Part shown: positions 1-8,980 of the stretch, one piece after another
Numbering within the stretch: position 1 is the stretch's first letter
How the letters are laid out: the number at the start of each line of letters is the position of its first letter
Assembly (NCBI GenBank): GCA_046539225.1
Contig: JBKHHG010000014.1
Span: 1-19,633 of the forward strand
From: Candidatus Nanohaloarchaea archaeon
GTDB lineage: Archaea; Nanohalarchaeota; Nanosalinia; Nanosalinales; Nanosalinaceae
Direction: 5' to 3'
Length of the DNA stretch: 19,633 nt
The notes under the pieces: generated by a model
Told to the model about the DNA's origin: nothing
The model's input: only the letters and a program-made list of their open reading frames with translations
Databases searched by the model: none
Translations under genes and position numbers: made by a program

Positions 1-95
1 CTCTATACATTAATAACCACTCCACTTTTATTTACCTTTCGGTAGTAACTAATCCTGGGTGCCGATAAAGGCCTCGAAAGTTGCCCAGCGAGATA

Positions 96-243
96 TGGGT
101 CCGCCCAGATTCGAACTGGGGATCTTCGCCTCGCCTGCCAGGATCAAGCGGCTATCCGGATGGGTTCTGAGAACCCAACAGTTACCTCCTGAAGTAAAGT
201 CCTGCTGTAAGGGCGACGTCATAACCAACTAGACCACGGACCC
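96..243 (-). tRNA. tRNA-Val(TAC) with 74-nt intron at canonical position 37/38 (intron 132..205)
   Basis: Reverse complement reads GGGTCCG-TGGTCTAGTTGGTTATGACG-TCGCC-CT TAC A-[intron]-A-GGCGA-AGATC-CCCAG TTCGAAT CTGGG-CGGACCC-A. Acceptor, D, anticodon and T stems pair. Intron ends pair CAGGA/TCCTG. CCA is not encoded. Confidence 0.93.
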
Positions 244-268
244 CGCAAAAAACAACTGTAGCTGAAAA

Positions 269-276
269 CTTTAAAA
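269..276 (-). promoter_or_regulatory. Putative TATA box of tRNA-Val
   Basis: TTTTAAAG on the minus strand, 26-33 nt upstream of the tRNA 5' end. Confidence 0.5.
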
Positions 277-286
277 GAGGAGAGGC

Positions 287-3200
287 CTAAATCTCCTTCT
301 CCAGCAACGGGTCGTAAACAGTCTCGTCAGACCTGTAGTAGGGAAACCTGACCCTGGAAATCTCGCCGGTGAACTCATCCGAAACCTCTTCCTCTGAAAC
401 CTTGAACTCTATCAGGCTGTCCTTCTCAACGGCTTCCTCGTCAAGATCCGCGTCCAGGATAGACTCCCGAGTCTCGCCGCGTTTAACAAGGCCTTTACCC
501 TCAAGAGACTCGATTATAGAGGCGGCCTTCGCCACAGATATATCAAGCTCCTCGACGATCGCTCCTTTCGCCATTCCCTGATCCACAAGACTGTAAACCT
601 TTTCTTCAAGGCCTGAAAGCTTCTGTTTCTCGGCTTTTACCTCTCCCTTTACTCCATCGACAAGGATACGGGCCGAGTCATTTTCCACGAGGTAGAGCGG
701 GTAGTAGGCCACGGAAAACTTTTCGTTGTACATTGACTCGACGTCCTGAAGGCTTTTGGAGGCCTGGAAGACTTTGATGTTTTCCTTTTCGACGTAGTTC
801 TCCGATGTCTGGGTCTCGCCGCCGTGCATCGACTTTCTTAGTCTTACATCGGTCATAACAGGGTAATCGTTGCCGAGGAGGAACGCGACACCCGGAGGCA
901 ATGACTTGATCATGTCCTCTATCTCTGACGTAACCCCCTCAAAAGATTTTGAGATAGCCTTCAGATCGTTGGGATTTGTCACCCTCAAAATGAACTGGGT
1001 GTTAGCCTGTGACAGAACGTTTTTGTCGATCCTCGCAGGCCTCTGACTGATGACACCAACCCCCAGACCGAACTTTCTACCTTCAGAGGCAATCTTCCTC
1101 ATAATCGGATTGGAAACGGCCTGTCCAAACCCTTTCTCCGGCGTGAAGTTGTGCGCCTCCTCAATCACCATGATAAACGGCGGTATCTGGTTCCTCTTCC
1201 TCAGATCAAAAAGTTTCTTGGCCAGCATGTAAGCCGCCATCTCAGTCGGCTCAGGCTCAACAGCCTTCAAATTAATTATAGTCGCCCTCCCAGGCTCCAC
1301 AAGCTCCTGAAGATCCACAGGATTCTCGGAGAAAAGGCCTGAATCCTCCAGCTGCTCCAGATAATTAAGCAAATTCCATTTAGCGGTCGAATCCTCCTGA
1401 GAAACCGCGTCCTGAACGTCAAGCAAGTTATAGTCATCCTCTTTCTCCTTCAAACGTTTCAGGGCGTTGTAAAGCACCCCCATCTGCGAATTCGTCAGCG
1501 AATCCGGTATAAGTGTCGTAAGTTCTTTTTTATCAAGGTTTACGGATGAAAAAGACAGAGGCAAGGCCTCACGGTTGATATCAGTGTTTGGAGAGTATTC
1601 TTTAACGTTGTAGCCCCGGGATTCATCGCTTTCCGGGTTAGGCCTCTTCAGCGAAGAGTATTCTCCGTGAGGATCCAGCACAATCACAGGAAAGTCGTGT
1701 TCAAGCATTTCCTCGATTAAAACCCCTACTGTATAGCTGTTGTGACTTACTATCCCTCCTCTTCCAGCTATAAAGTTGTGATGATCTCGGACAGTTATAT
1801 CGTAGACATATCCTTGATGGTTTTTCCTTTCGATTGATTCTATTTTATCCCACATTAGATCTGAGTTACCCAGCTTGGAGTAAATCTCTGAGTCCAGCTC
1901 TCCAGCCATCTTAGACATCTTTTCCCTTGAAGGCCTTCTCTCATTTCTCTCATACAGTGAGACTAGTGTTGAATGTGACTGTATTTTTTCTGCTAATTCC
2001 CTCTGAGAAAGGCCTACTTTTTCTCTTTCTTTCTTCAGATACTCTCCTTCTATCGGTATGACGTCTACATTTGTATTTCCCTCGACCGATTCTAGGTATT
2101 TCTCTAGTTTCTCCTGTTTTCTTTCTATTCCAAACCCTATCTCTTCAGAGAATTTCTGCATTTGGTTTTTACCGCTAATCGCTATTCTGCAATATTTATC
2201 ACCGTTGTGCTCTGAATTAGTCGCTTCTTTTACTCTCTCTGAAAATCTAGGTACTATACCAAATTCGAGCAACATGTATCCAATCCGATTCATTATATCA
2301 GGGCTAGCTGTACTCAAAGTTACTTCATGATCTTCCATACATCCCTCTGCATCAAAGTATGTTCTCAAGAATCTCTTCTGCGTAATTCTATCCGAAGATA
2401 AAACTCTATCTGGTATCTCCTTACCTCTTGACCTCTCCAAAGTCTGATAACCTATATCCTCCAAGAAATGCCTCAAAGCATTAGAATCAATATATCTAGC
2501 ATTTGACCCTATTGAACTTGGTTCCAGCCCAAATAGATTTTCAGACAACTCTTCAAATCTTTCAATCAGCCTGATATCATCATTAGTGAAAATTATTCTA
2601 TAACTACTACTTTGCTGTTCAGTGCCCTCGCTAATCACTAAAGCAAGAAATTCAGCAAGATCAGCCTCGAATACATCAGGAATCTCTATAGCCTGCTCTC
2701 TTTGCTCTAAGGCAAAACCCTGACTCAACTCAGGCTCACTATCTTGATACATCCAATTCTCAATAGTTGATCTCCCGATATCCAACTCAGAACTAATCTC
2801 TCCAATACTAGCACCGTTAGATTTCATATCCTCAAATTTACTAAATTGGTTATTCAGATTTTTTCTACGGTCGCTTTCGCCTCGACTCTTTTCCTCTAAA
2901 TCATTTGATACACTGATATCATTTGAAACAACTCTACTGTCTATCCCTCTTGGAACGGCAATATGCATACCTTCTTCCAGCTTTGAGGCCTCTTCAAAAC
3001 CATAATTTTTCTCAGCAACCATCAAAGGATGTTCATGGGTTACCTCAATCTTTCTACCTGACTCAGTCTCTATCTCCAAAATAAATTCACATTTTTTCCT
3101 GTAAGCATAGACCGCATCGGCATCCGTCAACTCATAATCATCATTTAAGGCCTTCACACTGCAACCGCTTAAAGCTCTCAATTCGTCATCCTCTGAGCGT

Positions 3201-3691
3201 TCTACAACCACATCCGAACTCTCAAAAACATCCCTGATCTCTCTTAGAGAGCCGTCACTCATCAAAATATCAGTAGCAGGAGTCACACACTTACCGGCTC
3301 CTGTCTGCGCCAGAACCGCGAAATGCTTGTAGAAGTCGTCGGGATCCACCATTATATCTATATCTTCGTTGGTTTCCAGGTTCCCGACCTTGAGGCCTTT
3401 ATCGTTCAGGCCCAAGGTATCGGAGATCAGTTCCTGGTCCGCCTGGTATACGATAGAGTCTGGGTCGATCACATGCCGCGGCGCCCTTGTAAGGCCTTTA
3501 TCCCTGTAGCCTATGATGTTGGCTGTTGCTGTGGTCTCTCCGTCTTTGTGTTTGGTTACTTCGTCGACCTGGGCAAGGATCCAGTTGCCGTTGCTCTTGA
3601 CCGATACAAAGTCGAACTTTCCTACTTTTTCAGTTGCTCTGAACTTGAACGAAGAAGTGTTTACATCGCCTTCAATTACTCCTACTTGCAT
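287..3691 (-). CDS. herA: HerA-family (HAS-barrel + P-loop) ATPase/helicase precursor containing an intein; spliced protein about 617 aa with a C-terminal winged-HTH-like region
   Basis: N-terminal beta-rich HAS-barrel-like region; KHFAVLAQTGAGK|S Walker A split by the intein; LDPHGEY, VIEEAHNF (Walker B), EGRKFG, SQRPA and SQANT motifs typical of HerA/DUF87. Confidence 0.85.
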   Translation of the reverse strand: MQVGVIEGDVNTSSFKFRATEKVGKFDFVSVKSNGNWILAQVDEVTKHKDGETTATANIIGYRDKGLTRAPRHVIDPDSIVYQADQELISDTLGLNDKGLKVGNLETNEDIDIMVDPDDFYKHFAVLAQTGAGKCVTPATDILMSDGSLREIRDVFESSDVVVERSEDDELRALSGCSVKALNDDYELTDADAVYAYRKKCEFILEIETESGRKIEVTHEHPLMVAEKNYGFEEASKLEEGMHIAVPRGIDSRVVSNDISVSNDLEEKSRGESDRRKNLNNQFSKFEDMKSNGASIGEISSELDIGRSTIENWMYQDSEPELSQGFALEQREQAIEIPDVFEADLAEFLALVISEGTEQQSSSYRIIFTNDDIRLIERFEELSENLFGLEPSSIGSNARYIDSNALRHFLEDIGYQTLERSRGKEIPDRVLSSDRITQKRFLRTYFDAEGCMEDHEVTLSTASPDIMNRIGYMLLEFGIVPRFSERVKEATNSEHNGDKYCRIAISGKNQMQKFSEEIGFGIERKQEKLEKYLESVEGNTNVDVIPIEGEYLKKEREKVGLSQRELAEKIQSHSTLVSLYERNERRPSREKMSKMAGELDSEIYSKLGNSDLMWDKIESIERKNHQGYVYDITVRDHHNFIAGRGGIVSHNSYTVGVLIEEMLEHDFPVIVLDPHGEYSSLKRPNPESDESRGYNVKEYSPNTDINREALPLSFSSVNLDKKELTTLIPDSLTNSQMGVLYNALKRLKEKEDDYNLLDVQDAVSQEDSTAKWNLLNYLEQLEDSGLFSENPVDLQELVEPGRATIINLKAVEPEPTEMAAYMLAKKLFDLRKRNQIPPFIMVIEEAHNFTPEKGFGQAVSNPIMRKIASEGRKFGLGVGVISQRPARIDKNVLSQANTQFILRVTNPNDLKAISKSFEGVTSEIEDMIKSLPPGVAFLLGNDYPVMTDVRLRKSMHGGETQTSENYVEKENIKVFQASKSLQDVESMYNEKFSVAYYPLYLVENDSARILVDGVKGEVKAEKQKLSGLEEKVYSLVDQGMAKGAIVEELDISVAKAASIIESLEGKGLVKRGETRESILDADLDEEAVEKDSLIEFKVSEEEVSDEFTGEISRVRFPYYRSDETVYDPLLEKEI
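1739..3289 (-). mobile_element. Intein (517 aa) with LAGLIDADG homing endonuclease and two HTH domains
   Basis: Begins CVTPATDILM right after GAGK; block B IEVTHEHPL; LAGLIDADG-like LAEFLALVISEG and FLRTYFDAEG; block F/G VYDITV..HHNFIA..GIVSHN followed by Ser+1. DNA is AT-richer than the flanks. Confidence 0.95.
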
Positions 3692-3761
3692 ACAAAAATA
3701 TTCGAAAACTGGAATTGATAAAACCGTGCTTTATTTCAAACCTTTGCCACAAAAACAGGTT

Positions 3762-4217
3762 ATGGATTTGAAGGATAAAATCCCTGACCGTGATTTTGAT
3801 TCAGGCCTGGAAAGAAACCTGTTTTATTTAGGCCTTTGTGTGGTTCTCGTGGCGGGTTTTGCCGCGGCGAACAACTTGATGTCAGGCGGCAGCGTTGAAG
3901 TGGGTTACACCGAGGTATCTCATGAATGCGTTGGAATAGATGCAGGAATCTGTATCGGGATTGAGAAGCCTACATACGAGACCTATAACTATAATAATTA
4001 TACTCAGCCTGAGGAAGGCACGGAGAACTATTACCGCAGGGTTGAGTCGGAGTTGATGCTTCAGGCCTACAACATCTGCGAGGATAAAAGTTTGGAGGGT
4101 ATGGACTGGGTTTCCGAAGCTTCTTACGATAATAGAAGCGGTGATGAGTGGCTTGAGCAAGAAGAGGTCGATCTTTTGGGCTGTGAGGATACTTACCGTT
4201 ACGAGATAGACGAGTAG
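3762..4217 (+). CDS. Hypothetical single-pass membrane/secreted acidic protein with Cys pairs (151 aa)
   Basis: Start moved to ATG 3762 because the ORF-track start overlaps herA. One hydrophobic segment LFYLGLCVVLVAGFAAA, then an acidic domain with 4 Cys. Confidence 0.75.
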   Translation: MDLKDKIPDRDFDSGLERNLFYLGLCVVLVAGFAAANNLMSGGSVEVGYTEVSHECVGIDAGICIGIEKPTYETYNYNNYTQPEEGTENYYRRVESELMLQAYNICEDKSLEGMDWVSEASYDNRSGDEWLEQEEVDLLGCEDTYRYEIDE

Positions 4218-4263
4218 GTTAAAAATTTAGGCCTCTAAAACTTTTTTACAGGTGATATCTGGC

Positions 4264-4752
4264 ATGGATGAACACATTGAACGTACTTTTGTTGCTTTGA
4301 AACCTGATACTGTGAGGAGAGGTATCATGGGCGAAATCTTGACTACTTTTGAGGAGGCCGGCTTCAAGGTCATCGGCATGAAGATGGTCTGGGCCGATGA
4401 GGAGATCCTGCAGGAGCATTACAGCGAGCACGTTGACAAGGATTTCTACGACCGTCTCGAGGAGTACATGAGTTCTGGGCCTGTGGTTGCAATGGTTCTG
4501 GAAGGTGTCAACGCTGTGAAGAACGTGAGAAAAATTGTAGGGGAAACGGATCCGAGAGAGGCCTCGCCCGCGACGATAAGAGGCCGTTTCGCGCATATGA
4601 GCTTTGCGCATGCGGACGAATCCGGCTCGCTTCACAAGAACATTATCCACGCGTCGGCGGAGCCTGAAGAGGCGGAGGAAGAGATAGAGATCTGGTTTGA
4701 CGAAGAAGAGCTTCACAGCTACGATCAGCCGCGGGAAAAGGACCTCCGTTAA
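4264..4752 (+). CDS. ndk: Nucleoside diphosphate kinase
   Basis: ERTFVALKPD, YMSSGPVVAMVLEG, TIRG and NIIHAS (phospho-His) motifs. GGTGA SD-like site precedes ATG 4264. Confidence 0.97.
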   Translation: MDEHIERTFVALKPDTVRRGIMGEILTTFEEAGFKVIGMKMVWADEEILQEHYSEHVDKDFYDRLEEYMSSGPVVAMVLEGVNAVKNVRKIVGETDPREASPATIRGRFAHMSFAHADESGSLHKNIIHASAEPEEAEEEIEIWFDEEELHSYDQPREKDLR

Positions 4753-4806
4753 ACCCTCTTTTTCTCTTTAATTAAAGATTAAAGCTTTCCCACCTGTTTC
4801 TTCTCT

Positions 4807-5010
4807 ATGGCAGAAAACAGGCTTTACCGATCCGAATCTGATAGAATGGTCGCGGGAGTATGCGGCGGGATCGCAGAGGTATACGACTTCGATCCTTCCC
4901 TGGTCAGGGTACTGACAGCGTTACTGATACTTTCAACATGGGGAACAGGCCTCTTCGCCTACATCCTTGCGTGGATTATCATCCCGCCTGAAGAAGTTGA
5001 AAAGGCCTGA
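4807..5010 (+). CDS. pspC: PspC-domain membrane protein
   Basis: RLYRS..DRMVAGVCGGIAE...D..LVR...AYILAWIIIP is the PspC signature. Confidence 0.92.
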   Translation: MAENRLYRSESDRMVAGVCGGIAEVYDFDPSLVRVLTALLILSTWGTGLFAYILAWIIIPPEEVEKA

Positions 5011-5046
5011 ACCTTTCAAACCCGGGATTTCCCATTTTTCTTGCTG

Positions 5047-6687
5047 TTACAGCAGCTCCATAAACTTTTCGACGTCTAACTCGAATCCCACGGCTTTCTG
5101 GTCAAGCCCCCAGTTTTCCGCGACTTTCTCCGAGTACTCTCCTATGAAACCCATTTTCTCACCATTCAAGAATATATTCGCTGACCGTGAGGTTTTATGG
5201 AATCCTTTCGAGGCCTCTTCAAGCTTTAGCTCTACTCCAAGGTCTCGTTCAAGGGACTGGAGTTTTGCCCGGGCCTGGTTGTAGTCGACTTCTCCCGCCG
5301 CGATGTAAGCGGCTTTCCTCCTGTTCTCTGAGCCCTTGTAGTTATCAGATTTCACGGCTACATCCTCAACCTCGAAGAACTCCTGTGGATAGGCGTTGTG
5401 CTTGTTCTCCTGAAGTACTGCGAAAAGGCTTGGAGCCAGATAGCTTCTAACAGTTGAGTACTCCTCTGTCATCGGGTTTTCAAGCTCGACCTGTTCATCG
5501 AACTCTTCAACCTCCATCTTGCCGTACAGATCCTCTTTCTTCGTCAGGACATACGTGTTGGCTTCCAGAACCCCGGATCTCAGCATTATCTCTCTCAACT
5601 CATCTGTAAACCGTGAAAGCTCAGTGAGGCCTCCATCCTGGTCGACCTCCGGCAGCTCCGGTTCAATGTTCTCGTAGCCATACGCGATCACTATATCCTC
5701 TATCAGGTCGTACTGGTGCATCACATCAGTCCGGTAAGCCGGGACTTCCACGCTGAAACCGTCTTCCATACTTACTCCGTAACGCATCTGCTCCAGCCTC
5801 TGCTTAACCTGCTTTAAATCAAGGTCGAGGCCTGAAACACTGTTCACGTACTCCAGATCAAGCTCAAACGTTTCAGGCTCGAGATCAGGCATCTCTTCCC
5901 CGTCAACTTCCACAGATTCAATCTCTCCGCCTCTTTCACTCAATGCTGCGACGAGAATGTTCAAGGCCTTCTTCACCGTCTCCTCATGCTTGCCTGTTAC
6001 ATCGATAAAGATATCTTCGGTCTCGTTCTCAACTTCCGTCAACTGATTATTGATTATAGGCGGGAAACTCAGTACTTTATCATCTGAATCAACTATTACA
6101 GGGTACTGGTCCTCGCCTTCCAGTATCCAGGCGTATTCCTGGCCTTTATCATGCTCCTGCAGGATCTGATCAAGGTGTACTTCGCTGTCATGTTCAAGAG
6201 GCCTGAAAGAAACTTCTTCAGGGTCGACAGCTTTGTAAGTAAACGGGGCGGTGATTTCCGACATGTCGTGGAGGCCTATCGCCAGTTTATCCCTCTGCCT
6301 CCCATAGGATACATGCAGTTTTTCCTGTAGCTGGATCAAACCGTTGATTATTTTCTCGTTAAGCTCTATATTCCTTATTACGGCGCATGCGATGTGAGGC
6401 CTGACCTCCTCGACGGAATCATGTTTCTTGAGTTTTACAGATCCTTCTTCGACGTTGAACTCCTGCAGTCCGGTCTCTTTTTCGAAGTAGCCTCTGTACG
6501 CCCGGGCGAGGCCTTCTACGGAGAGCAGGTCGGGTCTGTTGGGGTATACTTCTATATCCCATTTTTCCTTGTTGACGTGGTTCCAGTGGACTCCGAGGAA
6601 TGAGGCCTCTTCGTTAAGCGTTTTGTCGGTTACTTTGGCTCCTACAAGGTCGTCGAACTCGTGTTTGTTTATCTGAATGTGTGGCAT
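5047..6687 (-). CDS. pheT: Phenylalanine--tRNA ligase beta subunit (archaeal type)
   Basis: NRPDLLSVEGLARA, IQLQEKLH, LSFPPIIN, VPAYRTDVMHQYDLIED and NPMTEEYS motifs. Confidence 0.97.
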   Translation of the reverse strand: MPHIQINKHEFDDLVGAKVTDKTLNEEASFLGVHWNHVNKEKWDIEVYPNRPDLLSVEGLARAYRGYFEKETGLQEFNVEEGSVKLKKHDSVEEVRPHIACAVIRNIELNEKIINGLIQLQEKLHVSYGRQRDKLAIGLHDMSEITAPFTYKAVDPEEVSFRPLEHDSEVHLDQILQEHDKGQEYAWILEGEDQYPVIVDSDDKVLSFPPIINNQLTEVENETEDIFIDVTGKHEETVKKALNILVAALSERGGEIESVEVDGEEMPDLEPETFELDLEYVNSVSGLDLDLKQVKQRLEQMRYGVSMEDGFSVEVPAYRTDVMHQYDLIEDIVIAYGYENIEPELPEVDQDGGLTELSRFTDELREIMLRSGVLEANTYVLTKKEDLYGKMEVEEFDEQVELENPMTEEYSTVRSYLAPSLFAVLQENKHNAYPQEFFEVEDVAVKSDNYKGSENRRKAAYIAAGEVDYNQARAKLQSLERDLGVELKLEEASKGFHKTSRSANIFLNGEKMGFIGEYSEKVAENWGLDQKAVGFELDVEKFMELL

Positions 6688-6802
6688 TCAAAGATCGCCT
6701 CCGCGATTTTCTGCATGTCCAGAAAATCCCTGATTTTCGAACATTTAATCTCTGCCTCCATGGTGATTAATCAGAGAAATCTTGATTCCGTGCACTTTAG
6801 GT

Positions 6803-8182
6803 TCACCTCTGGGGATTCCAGAGAGGAGTCTCATAGATTTTCTGTTTGTCGTTGCTGTAGAGGCCTCTGATGTCTTCAAGCTCTGCAGACCTCATTCCTA
6901 TTCTTCCGATGCCGATGCCCCATGCAAGGACCACTGCTTCAAAACCGAGGAGCGGCTTCACGACTTCGGGACGGAAGAGGCCTGCGCCCCCCATTCCCAG
7001 CCACTCGTTTTCTTCTTTATCCCAGACCTGTATTTCTACACTCATTTCGGTGTATGGATAGTATGACGGCACCAGTCGGAACTTGTAGTACCCCATTTTC
7101 TCGAAGAACTCTGTCAGGTAACCCTTGAGATGTGCAAAGTTCAAGTTTTTTCCTACTACTATGCCTTCCGTCTGGTCGAAGTCCGCGAGATGCGTCCTGT
7201 CAACAGTCTCGTTCCTGAAGGCCCTGGAGACAATAAAGTATTTTGCTGGAAGGTCTTCTTCCTCTAACTCTATAAGCTTCTCCACTGATGTCGCGGTAGT
7301 ATGAGTTCTCAGAACATTCTTCGAGGCCTCTTCACGGCTCCAGTCGTATCCCCAGCCCCTGCTTCCGGTATCGCCACCGTTTTCATGGACTTCCTCGATT
7401 CTCTCAACCAGGCCTCCAAACTCTTCCAGATCAGATGATTCAGGGTCTTCCACGAAAAACGTGTCCTGGAGATCTCGTGAGGGGTGGTCCTGGGCGATGA
7501 ACAGCGAGTCAAAGCACGTGAAGCCTGGAACGATATAGTCTCCCTGCATTTCCTGGAAACCCATCTCTACCCAGACATCTCTGGCCTCGTCCATGACCTG
7601 GCGGTAGAAATGTTTCTTTCCGATCTCCTCGGACTCTGTACGGGCCTCGACGTTGAACTCTTCCTCGATATTCTCGGTTTTAACCTGTTCTCCTTTACGT
7701 GTAAGCTTTAAAATCCTTGTAACTTCCGTTATCCTATCCACAAGGCCTCTCTCAACGTGGTCGGCTCCAAAGTTCTCGTCTTCAAGCTGTTCAACTACTT
7801 CATCCGTAGCTACTCTTTCTCCTTCCCCTGTGAGGCTTACAACACCGTCCTCGATCTCTATCCAGCCTTTTTCCCGTGCCTTTCCTACTGCAACGTCTGC
7901 CGGAATATTTATATCGGAGAACTCTTTGGGGCCTTCCTCTAAAATCTCTTTCAACCGGTACTCGGGCGATCCCTCTCTTATAACGTTTCTTCCTTTCTTT
8001 GTAAGTTCGTAGGCCACCTCTTCTTCCTCCGATATCTCTGCGAGGCCTTTCTCCTCAAGCTCTTTGGCAGAGCGGGCGACCATTGACTGGTCGAGGCCTT
8101 CCTCCTGAAGCTCTTCGAAGTGAAGCTGTTTGGCGCTTTTCAAACGCTCAAATACTTTTTTTGCCTGTTGAGAGAGTTTCAC
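6803..8182 (-). CDS. pheS: Phenylalanine--tRNA ligase alpha subunit (probable GTG start at 8182)
   Basis: QDHPSRDLQDTFF, LRTHTT, FRNETVDRTHLADF, YYPYTEMS and AWGIGIGR class II motifs, plus N-terminal wHTH-like region. The upstream extension in the ORF track looks like promoter sequence. Confidence 0.95.
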   Translation of the reverse strand: MKLSQQAKKVFERLKSAKQLHFEELQEEGLDQSMVARSAKELEEKGLAEISEEEEVAYELTKKGRNVIREGSPEYRLKEILEEGPKEFSDINIPADVAVGKAREKGWIEIEDGVVSLTGEGERVATDEVVEQLEDENFGADHVERGLVDRITEVTRILKLTRKGEQVKTENIEEEFNVEARTESEEIGKKHFYRQVMDEARDVWVEMGFQEMQGDYIVPGFTCFDSLFIAQDHPSRDLQDTFFVEDPESSDLEEFGGLVERIEEVHENGGDTGSRGWGYDWSREEASKNVLRTHTTATSVEKLIELEEEDLPAKYFIVSRAFRNETVDRTHLADFDQTEGIVVGKNLNFAHLKGYLTEFFEKMGYYKFRLVPSYYPYTEMSVEIQVWDKEENEWLGMGGAGLFRPEVVKPLLGFEAVVLAWGIGIGRIGMRSAELEDIRGLYSNDKQKIYETPLWNPQR

Positions 8183-8254
8183 ACCGCAGAATTTGAAGCG
8201 GATTTTTTTATAGGTTGACCGAGTTTTAATAACACCGAACGCCAAACTTTAGCT

Positions 8255-8980
8255 ATGAGTTTTGACACCGGCATCGAAGGCCTTAAGGAGCTTGTAGAGG
8301 TTCCGGAAGACTATATTCTTCTGCTTGGAGGACCGCCCGGCACAGGAAAATCCGCGGTAGCTGTCGACTACATATTTGAAGGCGTTGAAAACGGAGAGAA
8401 AGGCCTCTACATCACCTTGACACAGGCCCCCGAAGAAATCAAGGAGTCGGCAGAGCTCCGAGGCCATGACCCAGAGTCGGAGAACTTCAGGATCCAGGAG
8501 GCCACCGACCTGATGAGAGCCGGGAGCGGAGGCCAGGTCTTCGAACCGGAGAAAGTAGTAGACGGCCTGAGAAGAAACCTGAACGAGTTCGAGCCCGACA
8601 GAGTCGTCTTCGACACAGTAACAAAGTATCTCATGATCTTCGACGCCGAACCGGTGATGAGAGAGCATGCAGACGCATTGATCAGCAGGCTAAAAGAAAA
8701 AGAGGCCTCAGCACTTTTCATCGCAGAAGTACCTTTCTCCATGGAAGGACAGCCATCCAGATACGAGATCGCGGAGTTCGTCGTCGACGGAATCCTCAGG
8801 CTCCAGAAAAAAGAGAAAAGCACCGTGCTCGACGTTTTAAAGATGAAAGGCCTCGGCTACAGCAATGAAGACCAGGAACTTGAGATAACAGACAACGAGG
8901 TAGCTTTAAAAGATTTAGACGGTCTCGATGAAAGCCCCGGCAATGATAGCAACTATGCCGACGCCGAGCAGCTTCAGTAA
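8255..8980 (+). CDS. Single-domain KaiC/RAD55-like RecA-superfamily ATPase
   Basis: TGIEGL, GGPPGTGKS Walker A, GEKGLYITL, RVVFDT Walker B, EFVVDGILRL and VLKMKG motifs. Confidence 0.88.
   Translation: MSFDTGIEGLKELVEVPEDYILLLGGPPGTGKSAVAVDYIFEGVENGEKGLYITLTQAPEEIKESAELRGHDPESENFRIQEATDLMRAGSGGQVFEPEKVVDGLRRNLNEFEPDRVVFDTVTKYLMIFDAEPVMREHADALISRLKEKEASALFIAEVPFSMEGQPSRYEIAEFVVDGILRLQKKEKSTVLDVLKMKGLGYSNEDQELEITDNEVALKDLDGLDESPGNDSNYADAEQLQ

Noticed and set aside
1..10. Possible minus-strand gene start (ATG at 10 with GGAG upstream)
   Set aside because: Only three codons are visible at the window edge, so it cannot be supported.
33..95. Stem CTGGG/CCCAG with CTGGGCAAC just 3' of tRNA-Val, reminiscent of tRNA-associated HDV-like (theta) ribozymes, plus a TACC-GAAA-GGTA hairpin
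   Set aside because: I could not build the nested P1/P1.1/P2/P3 double pseudoknot or find the catalytic C context. Only a simple hairpin is supported.
3513..3761. N-terminal extension of the 234-aa plus-strand ORF, and the 3323..3718 ORF
   Set aside because: Both are antisense to herA. The real start is more plausibly ATG 3762.
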